Below are positions 1 to 10,290 of a stretch of DNA of 64,000 nt, in pieces. The notes under the pieces are model-generated. The model was not told where the DNA came from, ran no database searches, and worked only from the letters and a program-made list of their open reading frames with translations. The position numbers and the translations under genes are program-made. This DNA comes from Candidatus Latescibacterota bacterium. Lineage in GTDB: Bacteria > Latescibacterota > UBA2968 > GCA-2709665. The first letter of the stretch is position 1; each line of letters starts with the position of its first letter. The stretch spans positions 3,488,001 to 3,552,000 of the forward strand of contig OZ244937.1 of assembly GCA_965222075.1 (NCBI GenBank). Direction: 5' to 3'.

Positions 1-2
1 AC

Positions 3-801
3 GGTGTTTTTCTGGAAGTATCCGAGAACGTCCGCAGATGGCCCCACGAGAGGGTGAAGCGGAAGATCGTGGAAAGGGGGCTTATCGGTGAGGTCAGGGC
101 GTTCTACCTTTCTTACACTTCCGGCTCCTATCACGGGGTGAGTGCAGTCAGGGCCATACTCGGCACAGAGGCCCGGGGCGTTACGGGTGAGTTCCCGGAT
201 AGAGAAGAGATCAGGGAACGGGGGATGATCGAGTGGTCGGGTGGGATCCGGGGAACATACGAATACAATATGAAGCGGAAGAATTACTGGGAGATTATTG
301 GGACCGAGGGGGCCATTCGGGGGAGAGAACTGCACCTGTATGAGGGGGACAGGAAGCTGGATCTTGTGACCGAGACTATCGGTGAGGCCCCCCAGAAGAC
401 TGTGCGGAGAGCCTACGTGGGAACAGAATCGGAAGTGTCCTGGGAAAGTCACCTGCAGGCTTATGCCCTTGCCGAGGCCGATAGCGTCGCAATCGCTGAC
501 GCCTGGTGCAGTCTGTACGATGCTATCGTCCACGGAAAGGCGCTCGACTACGGGGGGGAAAAACGGCAGGAGGGATATCGAACTGCTGATGGGGGTCCGG
601 GAATCGGCCTTGAAGCACGGAGAAAAGATCGCTCTGCCTCTGGCAGGGATTACCGAATACGAGACGCGGGTTCACTCGGCGTTTGAGGAGGTCTACGGGG
701 CTGACATCCTGGATTTGAAGCCCCGGCACCTGAAGCAGAAGTATTCGCTGCCGGGTCACTTACGGGAACTGGTCCTTTATGGAAGCGTGTTGGGGAAATA
801 G
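3..801 (+). pseudogene. Gfo/Idh/MocA-family oxidoreductase, 5' end outside the window, split by a +1 frameshift at G7A5 (552-563)
   Basis: The frame from 3 reads GVFLEVSENVRRWPHERVKRKIVERGLIGEV...LDYGGE. It continues in the 382..801 frame as NGRRDIELLMGVRESA...IALPL. Removing one A joins the two. Could be a sequencing error. Confidence 0.65.
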
Positions 802-846
802 CTGAGGACACCGGATCGGTGATGTGGTATCAACAAGGAGAAGCAG

Positions 847-1422
847 GTGACACAATTCGATGAGGTTTTACAGGAAGTCGAAAGCCGTTGTCGAGAGCAA
901 CGCTTTCCGATGCTGGGACGTGAGAAGGCGGAATTTCTCGGGAGACTTGTCTTAAAAACACAGCCGTCGTTGATCGTCGAATGCGGTACAGCGATCGGCT
1001 ATTCTGGGTTGTGGATGGCATCCCGGTTGAGAGCGGCGGGTAAGGGACGCATCATTACACTTGAGATCGATCCCGACCGTGCTGGCGAGGCACAGGAGAA
1101 TTTCACACGCGCAGGGGTCGGTGATCTGGTGGATTCGCGGGATGGGGATGCGAAAGGACTGCTCAAAGCCATCCATGAACCGGTCGATTTTCTTCTGCTC
1201 GACAACGGCTATGCAAACTACTTTCCCTGCTTCCGGGCAATCGAATCCCGCCTGGTCAACGGCGCTACGGTCGTCGCCGATAATGTGGGAATCGGCGCAG
1301 AGGCGATGGCGGATTACCTGGATCACGTGCGTGCCCGCTACGAGAGCGAGACACACTGGTTTGATGTGGATCTGCCGTGGGTCAAGAGGGATGCGATGGA
1401 AGTGACGATCTATCAAAAGTGA
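847..1422 (+). CDS. Class I SAM-dependent O-methyltransferase (YrrM/caffeoyl-CoA OMT-like)
   Basis: IVECGTAIGYSGLW SAM motif, TLEID, DFLLLD, VVADNV; AAGGAG RBS. Confidence 0.9.
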   Translation: MTQFDEVLQEVESRCREQRFPMLGREKAEFLGRLVLKTQPSLIVECGTAIGYSGLWMASRLRAAGKGRIITLEIDPDRAGEAQENFTRAGVGDLVDSRDGDAKGLLKAIHEPVDFLLLDNGYANYFPCFRAIESRLVNGATVVADNVGIGAEAMADYLDHVRARYESETHWFDVDLPWVKRDAMEVTIYQK

Positions 1423-1572
1423 CGGGGACTCGTTGTAACCCCTTGATTGATGTGAACCCATACGCAGAAAAACGGTTCAACGTATTGCTATTTGAAGCTC
1501 GTGCTGCACGATCAAATACTGATCCGACGATCAAAACTCGCTTATTTTAGGATTAAAAGGAGGAGGTTGCTT

Positions 1573-2637
1573 ATGTCTGTATCTGTAACGCGTGAGCGTT
1601 TGCGGGCAGCGCTGGACCGGCTGCCGCGCGTGACGCTGGCGGACCTGCCCACGCCGCTGCACGATTGTCCCCGGTTTTCGGAGGCGGTGGGCAGCGAGGT
1701 GCGGATTCTGGTTAAACGGGACGATTTGACCGGCCTGGCCTTTGGGGGAAACAAGACGCGGAAGTTTGATTTTGCCTTGGGAGACGCAAAGGCGCAGGGG
1801 GCCACGGCGGTGATTACGGGCGCGGCGTCGCAGTCGAACCACGCCCGGCAGGCGGCTGCGGCTGCGGCCCGTCTGGGGATGAAGTGTGTGCTGGTGAACC
1901 GGCACGACCACCGCAGTCAGATGGGAATTCAGGGCAACCTGTTGCTGGATTACGTGCTGGGGGCGGAGGTGCGGCTTGTGGAGAGCGGGGATCAGAACGG
2001 GGTGAAGGAGCAGGTGGCGGAGGAGCTGCGGGGGCAGGGGGAGGTTCCGTACATTATCGGTGGCCGGGCGAGGGCGCTGGGTACGGCGGCTTATGTGGGG
2101 TGTCTTCTGGAGATCTTAGATCAGCTCGATGCGCTGGATGCGACGACGGATTTTATCTGCACGGCGTCGGGGCACGGGACGCACGCGGGGCTGGCGCTTG
2201 GGGTAAAGGCGCTCGGGCTGCCGATTCGGGTGCAGGGGTATACGCCCAGCCGGGGGGATGAACAGCGGCGGAAGGAGGGGGTGGCGGGCGCCGGCAACGA
2301 GGCGGCGGAGGCGCTGGGGGTGGAGGCGCGGCTGGAGGCGGCGGAGATGGAGAGTACGGATGCGTATGTGGGCGAGAATTACGGGATTGTCACACAGGCG
2401 GGGCTAGACGCGGTTCAATGCTTAGCGAGGACGGAGGGGATTTTGCTGGATCCAGTCTATACCGGGAAGGCGGTATCGGGGGTGATCGACCGGATTCAAA
2501 AGGGAGAGATCCCTGCGGGGGCCACAGTGGTCTACGTGCATACGGGGGGGACGCCTGCGCTGTTTGCCTATGCGCCGGAACTGGTGGCGCACGGGGATTA
2601 CAGTCAGAAGATTGTGTCAGGTCCTGAAACCGTCTAA
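1573..2637 (+). CDS. D-cysteine desulfhydrase / ACC deaminase family PLP enzyme
   Basis: LPTPL, KRDDLTGLAFGGNKTRK (PLP lysine), QSNHAR, LDPVYTGKA, HTGG; AGGAGG RBS before ATG 1573. Confidence 0.92.
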   Translation: MSVSVTRERLRAALDRLPRVTLADLPTPLHDCPRFSEAVGSEVRILVKRDDLTGLAFGGNKTRKFDFALGDAKAQGATAVITGAASQSNHARQAAAAAARLGMKCVLVNRHDHRSQMGIQGNLLLDYVLGAEVRLVESGDQNGVKEQVAEELRGQGEVPYIIGGRARALGTAAYVGCLLEILDQLDALDATTDFICTASGHGTHAGLALGVKALGLPIRVQGYTPSRGDEQRRKEGVAGAGNEAAEALGVEARLEAAEMESTDAYVGENYGIVTQAGLDAVQCLARTEGILLDPVYTGKAVSGVIDRIQKGEIPAGATVVYVHTGGTPALFAYAPELVAHGDYSQKIVSGPETV

Positions 2638-2651
2638 GGAGGGAGAACCGC

Positions 2652-3593
2652 ATGGAATATCGAATTCTTGGAAAGACGGGGCTGAAGGTTCCAGCGGTCG
2701 GGGTTGGATGCTGGCAGATGGGGGGCACGCGGGGGGGGCTGGGGTGGACCGGCACGACGGATGAGGAGTCGATTGCGACTATTCACCGGGCCGAGGAACT
2801 CGGAGTGAACCTGCTCGATACGGCCCCGACCTACGGCGACGGGCACAGCGAAGAGGTCATCGGAAAGGCACTTAAGGGACGGCGTGACCGGTTTGTTCTG
2901 GCGACCAAGGCCAGGCCGATTACCGATGACCCGGATGAGGATAAGGCTCGACGGCAGATCCTGGAGCTCTGTGAGGGCAGCCTCCAGAGGCTGCAGACCG
3001 ATGTGATCGACGTGTATCAACTGCACGCTGTGCCGCACGAGGCGACGATGCCGACTGTGATGGAGACACTGGCGGACCTGAAGCAGCAGGGGAAGATCCG
3101 CTGGTTCGGGATTTCGACCAACGATACGGACGCGATCCGCAAGCTGCTGGCGCTGGGAGACCTGGCCGTGGTGCAGGTGGGTTACAACCTGTTGAGCCGG
3201 AGCGGGGAGGAGGCGCTGCGGCTGGCCAGGGAGGAAAATCTGGGCAGTTTGATCCGGGTGCCGCTCGCCTCAGGGGCGCTGTCGGGTAAGTACTTCGAGG
3301 CTCAGCAGCTGGATGAAGAGGACCGGCGGCGGGAGCGCTTCACCTCCGACAGGGCGGTGGCCACGTTTAAGAAGCTGTCGGAGCTTCTTTTTCTGACCGG
3401 GGGCGGCAGGCGAACGATGGTCCGGGCGGCGCTGCGCTTCATTCTGGATACCGAAGGGGTGACTTCGGCGATTCCGGGCGCCAGGAACCGGCGGCAGCTC
3501 GAGGAGAACGTGGGGGCGATGGATGCGCCACCCCTGACCGAGGAGGAACGCGCCCGCGCGATCGCCATTGCGGATGCGGTCGAGGGGTTTTGA
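2652..3593 (+). CDS. Aldo/keto reductase
   Basis: MEYRILGKTGLKV, DTAPTYGDGHSE, LATK, SLQRLQTDVIDVYQLH, IPGARN. Confidence 0.95.
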   Translation: MEYRILGKTGLKVPAVGVGCWQMGGTRGGLGWTGTTDEESIATIHRAEELGVNLLDTAPTYGDGHSEEVIGKALKGRRDRFVLATKARPITDDPDEDKARRQILELCEGSLQRLQTDVIDVYQLHAVPHEATMPTVMETLADLKQQGKIRWFGISTNDTDAIRKLLALGDLAVVQVGYNLLSRSGEEALRLAREENLGSLIRVPLASGALSGKYFEAQQLDEEDRRRERFTSDRAVATFKKLSELLFLTGGGRRTMVRAALRFILDTEGVTSAIPGARNRRQLEENVGAMDAPPLTEEERARAIAIADAVEGF

Positions 3594-3623
3594 GAACAGG
3601 CCACAGAAGAGAAGGGACAGGGT

Positions 3624-4802
3624 ATGAAATCGGGAGCGCTTGAATATGCCTTGTTTTCCAGAGGGGAGATGGAGCGTCGGTACGCCCGGGCCAGGGAGTT
3701 GATGGGACAGCGCGAGATCGATGCGCTTTTTATCACCGGGGAGGAGAATTTTCAGTATTTCGCCGGGACCGCCGTGAGCGTGGCGCTTCACTATTCTCTG
3801 ACCAGGCCGTCCGTTTTTATCCTGCCCGTAAACGGGGAGCCGATTGTCGTTACCCAGGGGAGGGATAACCTGACGCTGGGGTCCTATGTTAGCGATGTTC
3901 GGGATTATTCCGACCTGTTCAGTTTTCCCCATGACCTGGTTGTAGATGCCCTTCGAGACGCCGGGCTGAAGCACAACCGCGTGGGTGTGGAGTTGGGCCA
4001 GGAGCAGCGGATGGGGATGCCGGTGGGAGCCTATTTCGATCTGGTGACGGATCTGCCCGAGGTCGCGTTTGTGGATGCTGCGGATGTCATCATCAAGCTC
4101 CGGATGGTGAAGTCCGGCGAGGAGCTGGTGTATATGAAAAAGGCGGCGGATATTACCGGCAGGGCGCGGCAGCGGCTGTTCGATCAGGTCGTCCCGGGAA
4201 TGACGGAACGGGAGGTGGCCAGGCTGATGCGGCGGTTGATCTTAGAGGAGGGGGGCGACAGGACCGCGTTTGTCATTTTGCAGCTCGACCGCCCCGGGGC
4301 CGGCAATCCGTTCCATTACGACCGGCCGCTGGAGAAGGGGTGCGTGCTTGCGGTGGATACGGGCGCCTATGTGGGGATGTATACCATCGACTATCCACGC
4401 ATGGCCGTTCTGGGTAAGGCCACGGATGAGCAGAAGAGGGTGCACAGCGCGGTACTGGAGGTGAACGGGAAGATGGCGAACGCCCTGAGGCCCGGGGTGA
4501 CGTGCGCGGAGTTATACCGGGTCGGGGCCGGGGCTATTGAGGAGGCGGGCGCCAGAGTTGACGGACTGGAGCAATTCGGGTCGGCCAGGATGGGGCACGG
4601 GCAGGGGATGCTGGTGACCGAACCGCCGAGTGTCAGTCCGGATGATCACACGGTGCTGGAGCCGGGTGTGGTGCTCAGCACCGAACCGGGCGTGAGGGCC
4701 AGGGACGTGCAGTTTCTGTGGGAGGATGTCCATGTCGTTATGGAGGAAGGGCATGAGCAGCTTACGGTGGAGAGCAGTGAGCTGAGGGAGATTTCTTTTT
4801 AG
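3624..4802 (+). CDS. M24-family (Xaa-Pro/creatinase-like) peptidase
   Basis: Creatinase-like N-terminal domain, LRMVKS, GHGQGMLVTEPP, STEPG, WEDV metal motifs. Confidence 0.9.
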   Translation: MKSGALEYALFSRGEMERRYARARELMGQREIDALFITGEENFQYFAGTAVSVALHYSLTRPSVFILPVNGEPIVVTQGRDNLTLGSYVSDVRDYSDLFSFPHDLVVDALRDAGLKHNRVGVELGQEQRMGMPVGAYFDLVTDLPEVAFVDAADVIIKLRMVKSGEELVYMKKAADITGRARQRLFDQVVPGMTEREVARLMRRLILEEGGDRTAFVILQLDRPGAGNPFHYDRPLEKGCVLAVDTGAYVGMYTIDYPRMAVLGKATDEQKRVHSAVLEVNGKMANALRPGVTCAELYRVGAGAIEEAGARVDGLEQFGSARMGHGQGMLVTEPPSVSPDDHTVLEPGVVLSTEPGVRARDVQFLWEDVHVVMEEGHEQLTVESSELREISF

Positions 4803-4998
4803 TTTCCAGTGGTCCCGGAGAAGTGGCGTGAAGCCGATGGATGACGCCGAAACAATCACGAGTCTTGGTTATAGACGATGAGGGCGCCGAACCGGGCTGG
4901 TATCAGTTGTCACAGACGACTGTTAGAAGGTACTTCAGGCAACGACTTTATCCCGGGCCTACTTTTCTGCCTGGGATGTAGGGTGATCGCGAGGGACT

Positions 4999-6219
4999 AT
5001 GGAAATTCGGGAGGTTCGCGAATCGGAATTGCAGGAGATGATCGACCTGCTGTGCTTGGTGTTCCGGCCGGCCGGGCAGGAGCGGTATAGGCAGTATATC
5101 CGGGGGGATTCGAGTTACAGGCTGGATCAGACCCGCGTTGTGGCCGCTGACGGGCGGATCGTTTCGACGCTGCGCGTCTGGGACCGCAGGATGCGGGTCG
5201 GCGCGTGTGTCGTGCGGATGGGGGGGATCGGGGGGGTGGGCACGCATCCCGATTATCGAGGCAGAGGATATGCCACGGCGTTGATGCGGGATGCGGTCGA
5301 CTACATGGAGGCCGCAGGTTACGATGTGGGCCTGCTGTTTTCGGAGATTCCGTGCGCGTTTTACCGCAGGCTGGGGTGGGCGAGTCTGCCGCTGGCAGGG
5401 TTTCGGGTGAAGCGAAGGGGAAGCATCGAGTTGGGGGATACGGACTGGGAGGTTGAGGCGTTCGACGAGGGACGGGACTTAGAGCAGGTGGCTGCGCTTT
5501 ACGATGCGTACAACGCAGGCCAGAGCGGGCCAATTGTGCGACCGAGGGCCCACTGGGATACGGCGCCCGCGCGGATACGGGGCATCCTGCCCACGGTGGT
5601 CGCCCGCCGTGGACATACACTGGGCGGATATCTCAATTTTCACGTCGGGGGAAAGGCTGCGACGGTGCTCGAGGTGGCGTATGGTCGAGACGACCCGACC
5701 GCCTTGACGGCGCTGGTCGGCCACCTGCTCCGGGTGTGTGAAGAGAAAGGAGTTGAGGAGGTATGCGGCGAGATTCCGCACCGGCATCCACTGGTTGATC
5801 TGGTTGTGGAGGGCAACGCAGGGGATCTGAGCCTGACCGGGAGTACGTCAACGATGCTCTATGCCGTGAATCTCCCCGCGCTGCTGCGGCGGGTGCTGCC
5901 CGACCTGCAATCCCGGCTGGATGCATCCGATCAGAGGTTCGGTCCGCTGTCGGTCTGCTTTGAGGTTAACGATCAACAGAGCGTGCTGAGGCTGCGCGAT
6001 TCGGGGGCGCTTGAGGTGGGTGACACGGATCCGGGTGCGGAGTGGGTGAGGATGCCGGGGGCGTTCTTCTGGCGGGCGCTGCTGGGTGAATCGAGCTGGG
6101 GGCAGCTTGAGCCGGTTTTGCAAGCACGGGGGATTTCAGCGGGACCGGAGATTTCCGGTTTGTTGAGCGTCCTGTTTCCGCACCAGGAGGTGATTCTCTG
6201 GGGGCCGGATCACTTCTGA
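4999..6219 (+). CDS. Eis-like tandem GNAT N-acetyltransferase with C-terminal SCP2-like domain
   Basis: GGIGGVGTHPDYRGRGYA acetyl-CoA motif, FYRRLGW, second GNAT-like half, ends WGPDHF. Confidence 0.85.
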   Translation: MEIREVRESELQEMIDLLCLVFRPAGQERYRQYIRGDSSYRLDQTRVVAADGRIVSTLRVWDRRMRVGACVVRMGGIGGVGTHPDYRGRGYATALMRDAVDYMEAAGYDVGLLFSEIPCAFYRRLGWASLPLAGFRVKRRGSIELGDTDWEVEAFDEGRDLEQVAALYDAYNAGQSGPIVRPRAHWDTAPARIRGILPTVVARRGHTLGGYLNFHVGGKAATVLEVAYGRDDPTALTALVGHLLRVCEEKGVEEVCGEIPHRHPLVDLVVEGNAGDLSLTGSTSTMLYAVNLPALLRRVLPDLQSRLDASDQRFGPLSVCFEVNDQQSVLRLRDSGALEVGDTDPGAEWVRMPGAFFWRALLGESSWGQLEPVLQARGISAGPEISGLLSVLFPHQEVILWGPDHF

Positions 6220-6326
6220 GGTGAACATACCAGACAGGAGCGCTGCGTTGTACTGCTCTCACTTGATTTCCAGGTCCGGCCCGTTGAAGCAGAGGCCGTT
6301 GTTTTTCATGTTTGGCCCTGGATGGG

Positions 6327-7640
6327 TCAGTCTGCTTTTTTTCCGATACAGTAGAGGTGGGTCGCGGTCCGGATAAAGAGCCAGGACCCGGAAACCGCAA
6401 GGGACGACAGGGTATAGGTGCCGTCCAGTTCGTTCGTAGCCAGGAGCTTGAACTCCGGCCCGGCCGCCAGTACCGTAGAGACGGCCATTTCGTTGAGGAT
6501 GTAGAGCTTCCCGTCGGCCAGCACCGGGGAGGAACTCACAATGCCCTGGGCGGTGCGCTCCGGCCCCCAGATCACCTCGCCGCTTTTGGCATCCAGACAG
6601 GTCGCCCGCCCCCTGTCGTCCACCATGTAGAAGTAGCTGCCGTCACACACAGGCGTGGGCACGTCCGGCGCGCCCGCCCCGGTCCATCTCCAGACAATGT
6701 TGTCTGTGACATCGCCCACGCCTCCGGCGCGCAGGGCCAGCAGGGGCCGCTTGCGCGTAGGGGCATAGATCATGTCGTTTACCACCAGCGGCGAGGCGAC
6801 GACCCGGTAATTGCGCCGCTTCTCGGGGTTCAACCCGCCCGCCCGCCAGAGTTCTTTCCCGGTCTCAGGATCGTGTCCGGTGACGTAATCCCCGCCCGAA
6901 ATCACAACCTGGGTCACCTTGCCCTGTGTGAGCACGGCAGGCGTGGTGTAAGCATCGGGCGATTCCGCCCACGCGTCCGTGGGCCGTTCCCGGCGCCAGA
7001 GTTCCTTGCCGGTCATTGTGTCGAAGGCGACAATGTACGAAGGGTCGTCCGTGCGAAACCCATGGAGCACCTCGAGAATCAGCTTTCCGTCGTAAAGAAG
7101 CGGAGAAGAGGCATAGCCAAAGTTGAGACCAAAGTCGCCGTAGTCCTTCTGAAGATTACGCTTCCAGAGGACCTTCCCATCCATGTCCAGGGCCGTTACC
7201 TGGCCCGTGCCGGTCACGACCCAGACGTGCTTCCCGTCGGTAACGGGAGAAGGCGACGTATTGTTCTGCTTTCGATAAAGCCAGTTGCCTTCGTGGAGTT
7301 TGTGCCTCCAGAGTTCCTTGCCGTTCACCCTGGAAATGCAGAGCAGGAGCAGCTCTTTGCCGCCCGGCTCCTTTTCCTCCTCGGACGCCGCCGGCGAGGG
7401 GGATGTCACGAAGATCCGATCTCCCCAGATGATCGGAGTGCTCGCGCTCCAGGAGGGCAGTGCGGTCTTCCACACGATATTCTTTGTCAGGCTCCAGGTG
7501 GTGGGCAGCTCCGTGGCAGCGGAAACCCCGTTCTGATCGGGTCCGCGCCACTGCGGCCAGTTGTCCTGTGCATGGACTTTGTAAACAGGAGCGAGCAGCG
7601 CAGCGAGCAACAATACAACACAAACACGTTTTCGGATCAC
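6327..7640 (-). CDS. Secreted PQQ-binding-like beta-propeller repeat protein
   Basis: Signal peptide, DNWPQWRGP, WKTALP, repeated GKELW and ASSP motifs. Confidence 0.92.
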   Translation of the reverse strand: MIRKRVCVVLLLAALLAPVYKVHAQDNWPQWRGPDQNGVSAATELPTTWSLTKNIVWKTALPSWSASTPIIWGDRIFVTSPSPAASEEEKEPGGKELLLLCISRVNGKELWRHKLHEGNWLYRKQNNTSPSPVTDGKHVWVVTGTGQVTALDMDGKVLWKRNLQKDYGDFGLNFGYASSPLLYDGKLILEVLHGFRTDDPSYIVAFDTMTGKELWRRERPTDAWAESPDAYTTPAVLTQGKVTQVVISGGDYVTGHDPETGKELWRAGGLNPEKRRNYRVVASPLVVNDMIYAPTRKRPLLALRAGGVGDVTDNIVWRWTGAGAPDVPTPVCDGSYFYMVDDRGRATCLDAKSGEVIWGPERTAQGIVSSSPVLADGKLYILNEMAVSTVLAAGPEFKLLATNELDGTYTLSSLAVSGSWLFIRTATHLYCIGKKAD

Positions 7641-7732
7641 GGGATGGCTCCCTTATGGAAATGCAGGTTTTTCTGCTTGATTTATCAATACCGCTTCTGA
7701 ATGTCAAACTGCTCCCTGGAAAGTCCTCTGTC

Positions 7733-8377
7733 CTATCGGCTGGCCCAGAGCATGCCCCGTCTCTGGATCTCCTTTGCCTGGGGCACGTCGAAGTCTTTTG
7801 CCACGTGGCCCAGGGAGGAGTAGAATACCCGGCCCTCTCCCCACATTCGTTTCCATACGATGGGCATGACGCAGCCGTTGACCCAGGGCGCGACATCGGT
7901 CTGGAAAGTTGTGGTGGCCAGGACTTCGTTGGAGGGATCGACGTGCATGTAGTACTGCTCCGAATGCATGTTGAAGGTTTCGATTCCCTGTGTGATGGGG
8001 TCATCATGATCGAGGATATTGACTTCGTAGTCCACGATGCCGCCCGGATGGGCCACCCACTGGCCGCCGACCATCCACTGGTAGGTTGTGTTGTTGCGGA
8101 ACGCATCGGCCATGCCGCCGTGCCACCCGGCAACGCCCACACCGCTTTTGACCGCGTCCAGCAGGCCCTGCTCCTGCTCCTTTTCGATGGTTCCCATCGT
8201 CCAGATCGGGACAATCAGGCTGAGCGCATGCATCCTGTCCCGGTCTAAGTAGGCATCTAAGGTGTCCGACAGGTCTATGTCGAACCCGCCGTCTGCGAGG
8301 AGGGGGGCAAAGATGTCGACGCACTGCCCGGGTTCGTGACCTTCCCATCCGCCGTAGACGATCAGTGCTTTTTTCAT
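7733..8377 (-). CDS. ThuA-domain (class I GATase-like) protein
   Basis: [45 protein letters not shown]; GGAGG RBS. Confidence 0.92.
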   Translation of the reverse strand: MKKALIVYGGWEGHEPGQCVDIFAPLLADGGFDIDLSDTLDAYLDRDRMHALSLIVPIWTMGTIEKEQEQGLLDAVKSGVGVAGWHGGMADAFRNNTTYQWMVGGQWVAHPGGIVDYEVNILDHDDPITQGIETFNMHSEQYYMHVDPSNEVLATTTFQTDVAPWVNGCVMPIVWKRMWGEGRVFYSSLGHVAKDFDVPQAKEIQRRGMLWASR

Positions 8378-8439
8378 TTCTCGCCTCCAGAACGAGTTAT
8401 TGATCCAGTGACCCCCATCGGCAGCGGAGTCGGTACTGG

Positions 8440-8540
8440 GACAGGTGCTCTTGATCTCAACGTGCCGCCCAGTTGTTGACGCCTCTTCAAACGCGCACAT
8501 CACATCCAGGACGTGGAAGGCCAGGCCCCCGCTGTCCCGG
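8440..8540 (-). pseudogene. C-terminal remnant of a Gfo/Idh/MocA oxidoreductase
   Basis: [31 protein letters not shown] resembles the C-terminus of the oxidoreductases usually adjacent to ThuA genes; the rest of the gene is absent. Confidence 0.6.
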
Positions 8541-8550
8541 GGTCCGCACA

Positions 8551-8579
8551 AATGTAAGGCGTCCGCACCGGGCTGTCAA
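8551..8579 (-). promoter_or_regulatory. Sigma70-type promoter TTGACA-N17-TACATT
   Basis: Minus strand TTGACA (8579-8574), 17-nt spacer, TACATT (8556-8551). Confidence 0.6.
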
Positions 8580-8639
8580 GGCGATACAGAAGGCTTGCGC
8601 TGCAAGATCCCGGCGGTGGTCGGCCTCGTAAAATTTGGG

Positions 8640-8668
8640 TTGACAGGTGGAGTTTTACTTTGTAGGGT
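8640..8668 (+). promoter_or_regulatory. Sigma70-type promoter TTGACA-N17-TAGGGT (divergent)
   Basis: Perfect -35, 17-nt spacer, weak -10. Confidence 0.45.
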
Positions 8669-8966
8669 TCAGTTTGGATAAGGAAAAGGCGTCTATGCTG
8701 TTCAAAGAGGCGCTGGAGCAGGTGCTCAACCGCCTGTGGGTGGTGCTGCCGGCAGATCGGGAGCCGAAACCGCCGCGGTGGACGTTCTGGGCGCGGGGGA
8801 GGGCGCAGTAGGGTCTTGTTGGGATATGGAGACAGGTTCTGTATTTCCGGTCATCGGGCGCGTGAATGAATATCGCCTGATGCAAAAGAAATATGACCGT
8901 GGCGTCAGTATAAGACAAGGGGATGTCCATAGCGCATCTTCACATCCGGGTGGAAAGAGGCAATCC

Positions 8967-10238
8967 ATGATTCAGGCGGGATTTGGTCAAAACGTGATCA
9001 CGCCGGAGGTCGGGGCGGAGATGCCCGGGCAGATTCAGAAACAGATCTCCCAGGGCGTCCACGACGATCTCCTGGCAAATGCGATGGTGCTGGACGACGG
9101 CACCACGCAGCTTGTTCTGGCGGGGATCGATGCGTTATCCATCAAACGTTCGACCGTGCTGGAGGCGCGGAAACAGATCGAAGCCGCAACGGGAATTCCC
9201 GCCGGGCATGTACTTATCTCGGCAAGCCACACCCACCACGGCGGTCCCACCGCAGACGTTTTTATGAGCGAATCAGATCCGGCCTACTGCGATTGGGTTG
9301 CCGAACAGGTCGCGCAGGCGGCGGTTGAGGCATACGAGAAACGTGACGAAGTCAGGTTGATTGTGGGAGCAGGGCAGGAGGGCAGCGTGGCGTTTAACCG
9401 GCGGTTTCGTATGAAGGACGGAAAGGAGCAGACCCATCCGGGCAAGGGCAACCCGGATATTGTCCGGGTCGCAGGTCCCATCGACCCGATGGTTGGCGTT
9501 ATCGGGGCGGTTACCAAGACCTGCACATTTCTCGGGTGCTGGGTTAACTACTGCTGCCATGCCACGCTCGGGGTTGGCGGGAACGGTTTTTCGGCCGATT
9601 ATATTTACTATCTCAGGCAGACGGTTCGGCGCGCGATGGGGGTCAATGATGCAATTGTGGTTTTCGCAAACGGCGCATCGGCCGATGTGACGCAGGTTGA
9701 CAACCTCAGAGATCGGGGGCGCGAGTCCGGAGAGCACTGGGGGTGGCACGTGGGCGCCACCGTGGGCGCAGAAGCGGTCAAGGTGCTGGCACGAATGAAT
9801 TATACAGATGAGGCCCCTCTGAGGTGTGCGAACGAGGTGCTCACATTGCCTTTTCGGGACCTGGGCGATGCGCCGTCCGGGCAGGCCCAGGGATGGGGCA
9901 AGCAGGAGGCCTGGGAGCGAGAATTCGAATTGCTCAAGGAGATCAAGAAGGTTGAACCAGACGTTACGGCGGAAATCCAGATGATGCGGATTGGGCGGGC
10001 GGGGCTGGTTGCGGTGCCTGCGGAGTATTTCTGTTATTACGGGTTGGAGATCAAAGCCAATTCTCCTTTCACTCCCACATTCGCTGTCTCACTGGCCAAC
10101 GGCTGTGTGGGATATGTTCCAACGCCACAGGCATTTATTGGGGGCGGCTATGAGCCTCATACGGCCCGGTCGAGTAAATTGTGTCCCGATGCGGGAGATC
10201 GGATCGCAGAAGCAGCAATCCGGCTGCTCAATTTATAG
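8967..10238 (+). CDS. Neutral/alkaline ceramidase-like amidohydrolase
   Basis: AGFGQNVITP, HDDLLA, SASHTHHGG, FNRR, YCCHA, FSADY, NGCVGYVPT, GGYE. Confidence 0.85.
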   Translation: MIQAGFGQNVITPEVGAEMPGQIQKQISQGVHDDLLANAMVLDDGTTQLVLAGIDALSIKRSTVLEARKQIEAATGIPAGHVLISASHTHHGGPTADVFMSESDPAYCDWVAEQVAQAAVEAYEKRDEVRLIVGAGQEGSVAFNRRFRMKDGKEQTHPGKGNPDIVRVAGPIDPMVGVIGAVTKTCTFLGCWVNYCCHATLGVGGNGFSADYIYYLRQTVRRAMGVNDAIVVFANGASADVTQVDNLRDRGRESGEHWGWHVGATVGAEAVKVLARMNYTDEAPLRCANEVLTLPFRDLGDAPSGQAQGWGKQEAWEREFELLKEIKKVEPDVTAEIQMMRIGRAGLVAVPAEYFCYYGLEIKANSPFTPTFAVSLANGCVGYVPTPQAFIGGGYEPHTARSSKLCPDAGDRIAEAAIRLLNL

Positions 10239-10290
10239 ACGACAGCTGAGGTGTCGGACTGTGTGAGGGGTAAAAAGGAGGAGCGTTCCA

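Noticed and set aside
4885-4928. GCCGAAC...GTTAGAA with a small hairpin before the Eis-like gene
   Set aside because: About 44 bp, too short for attC, and lacks L boxes.
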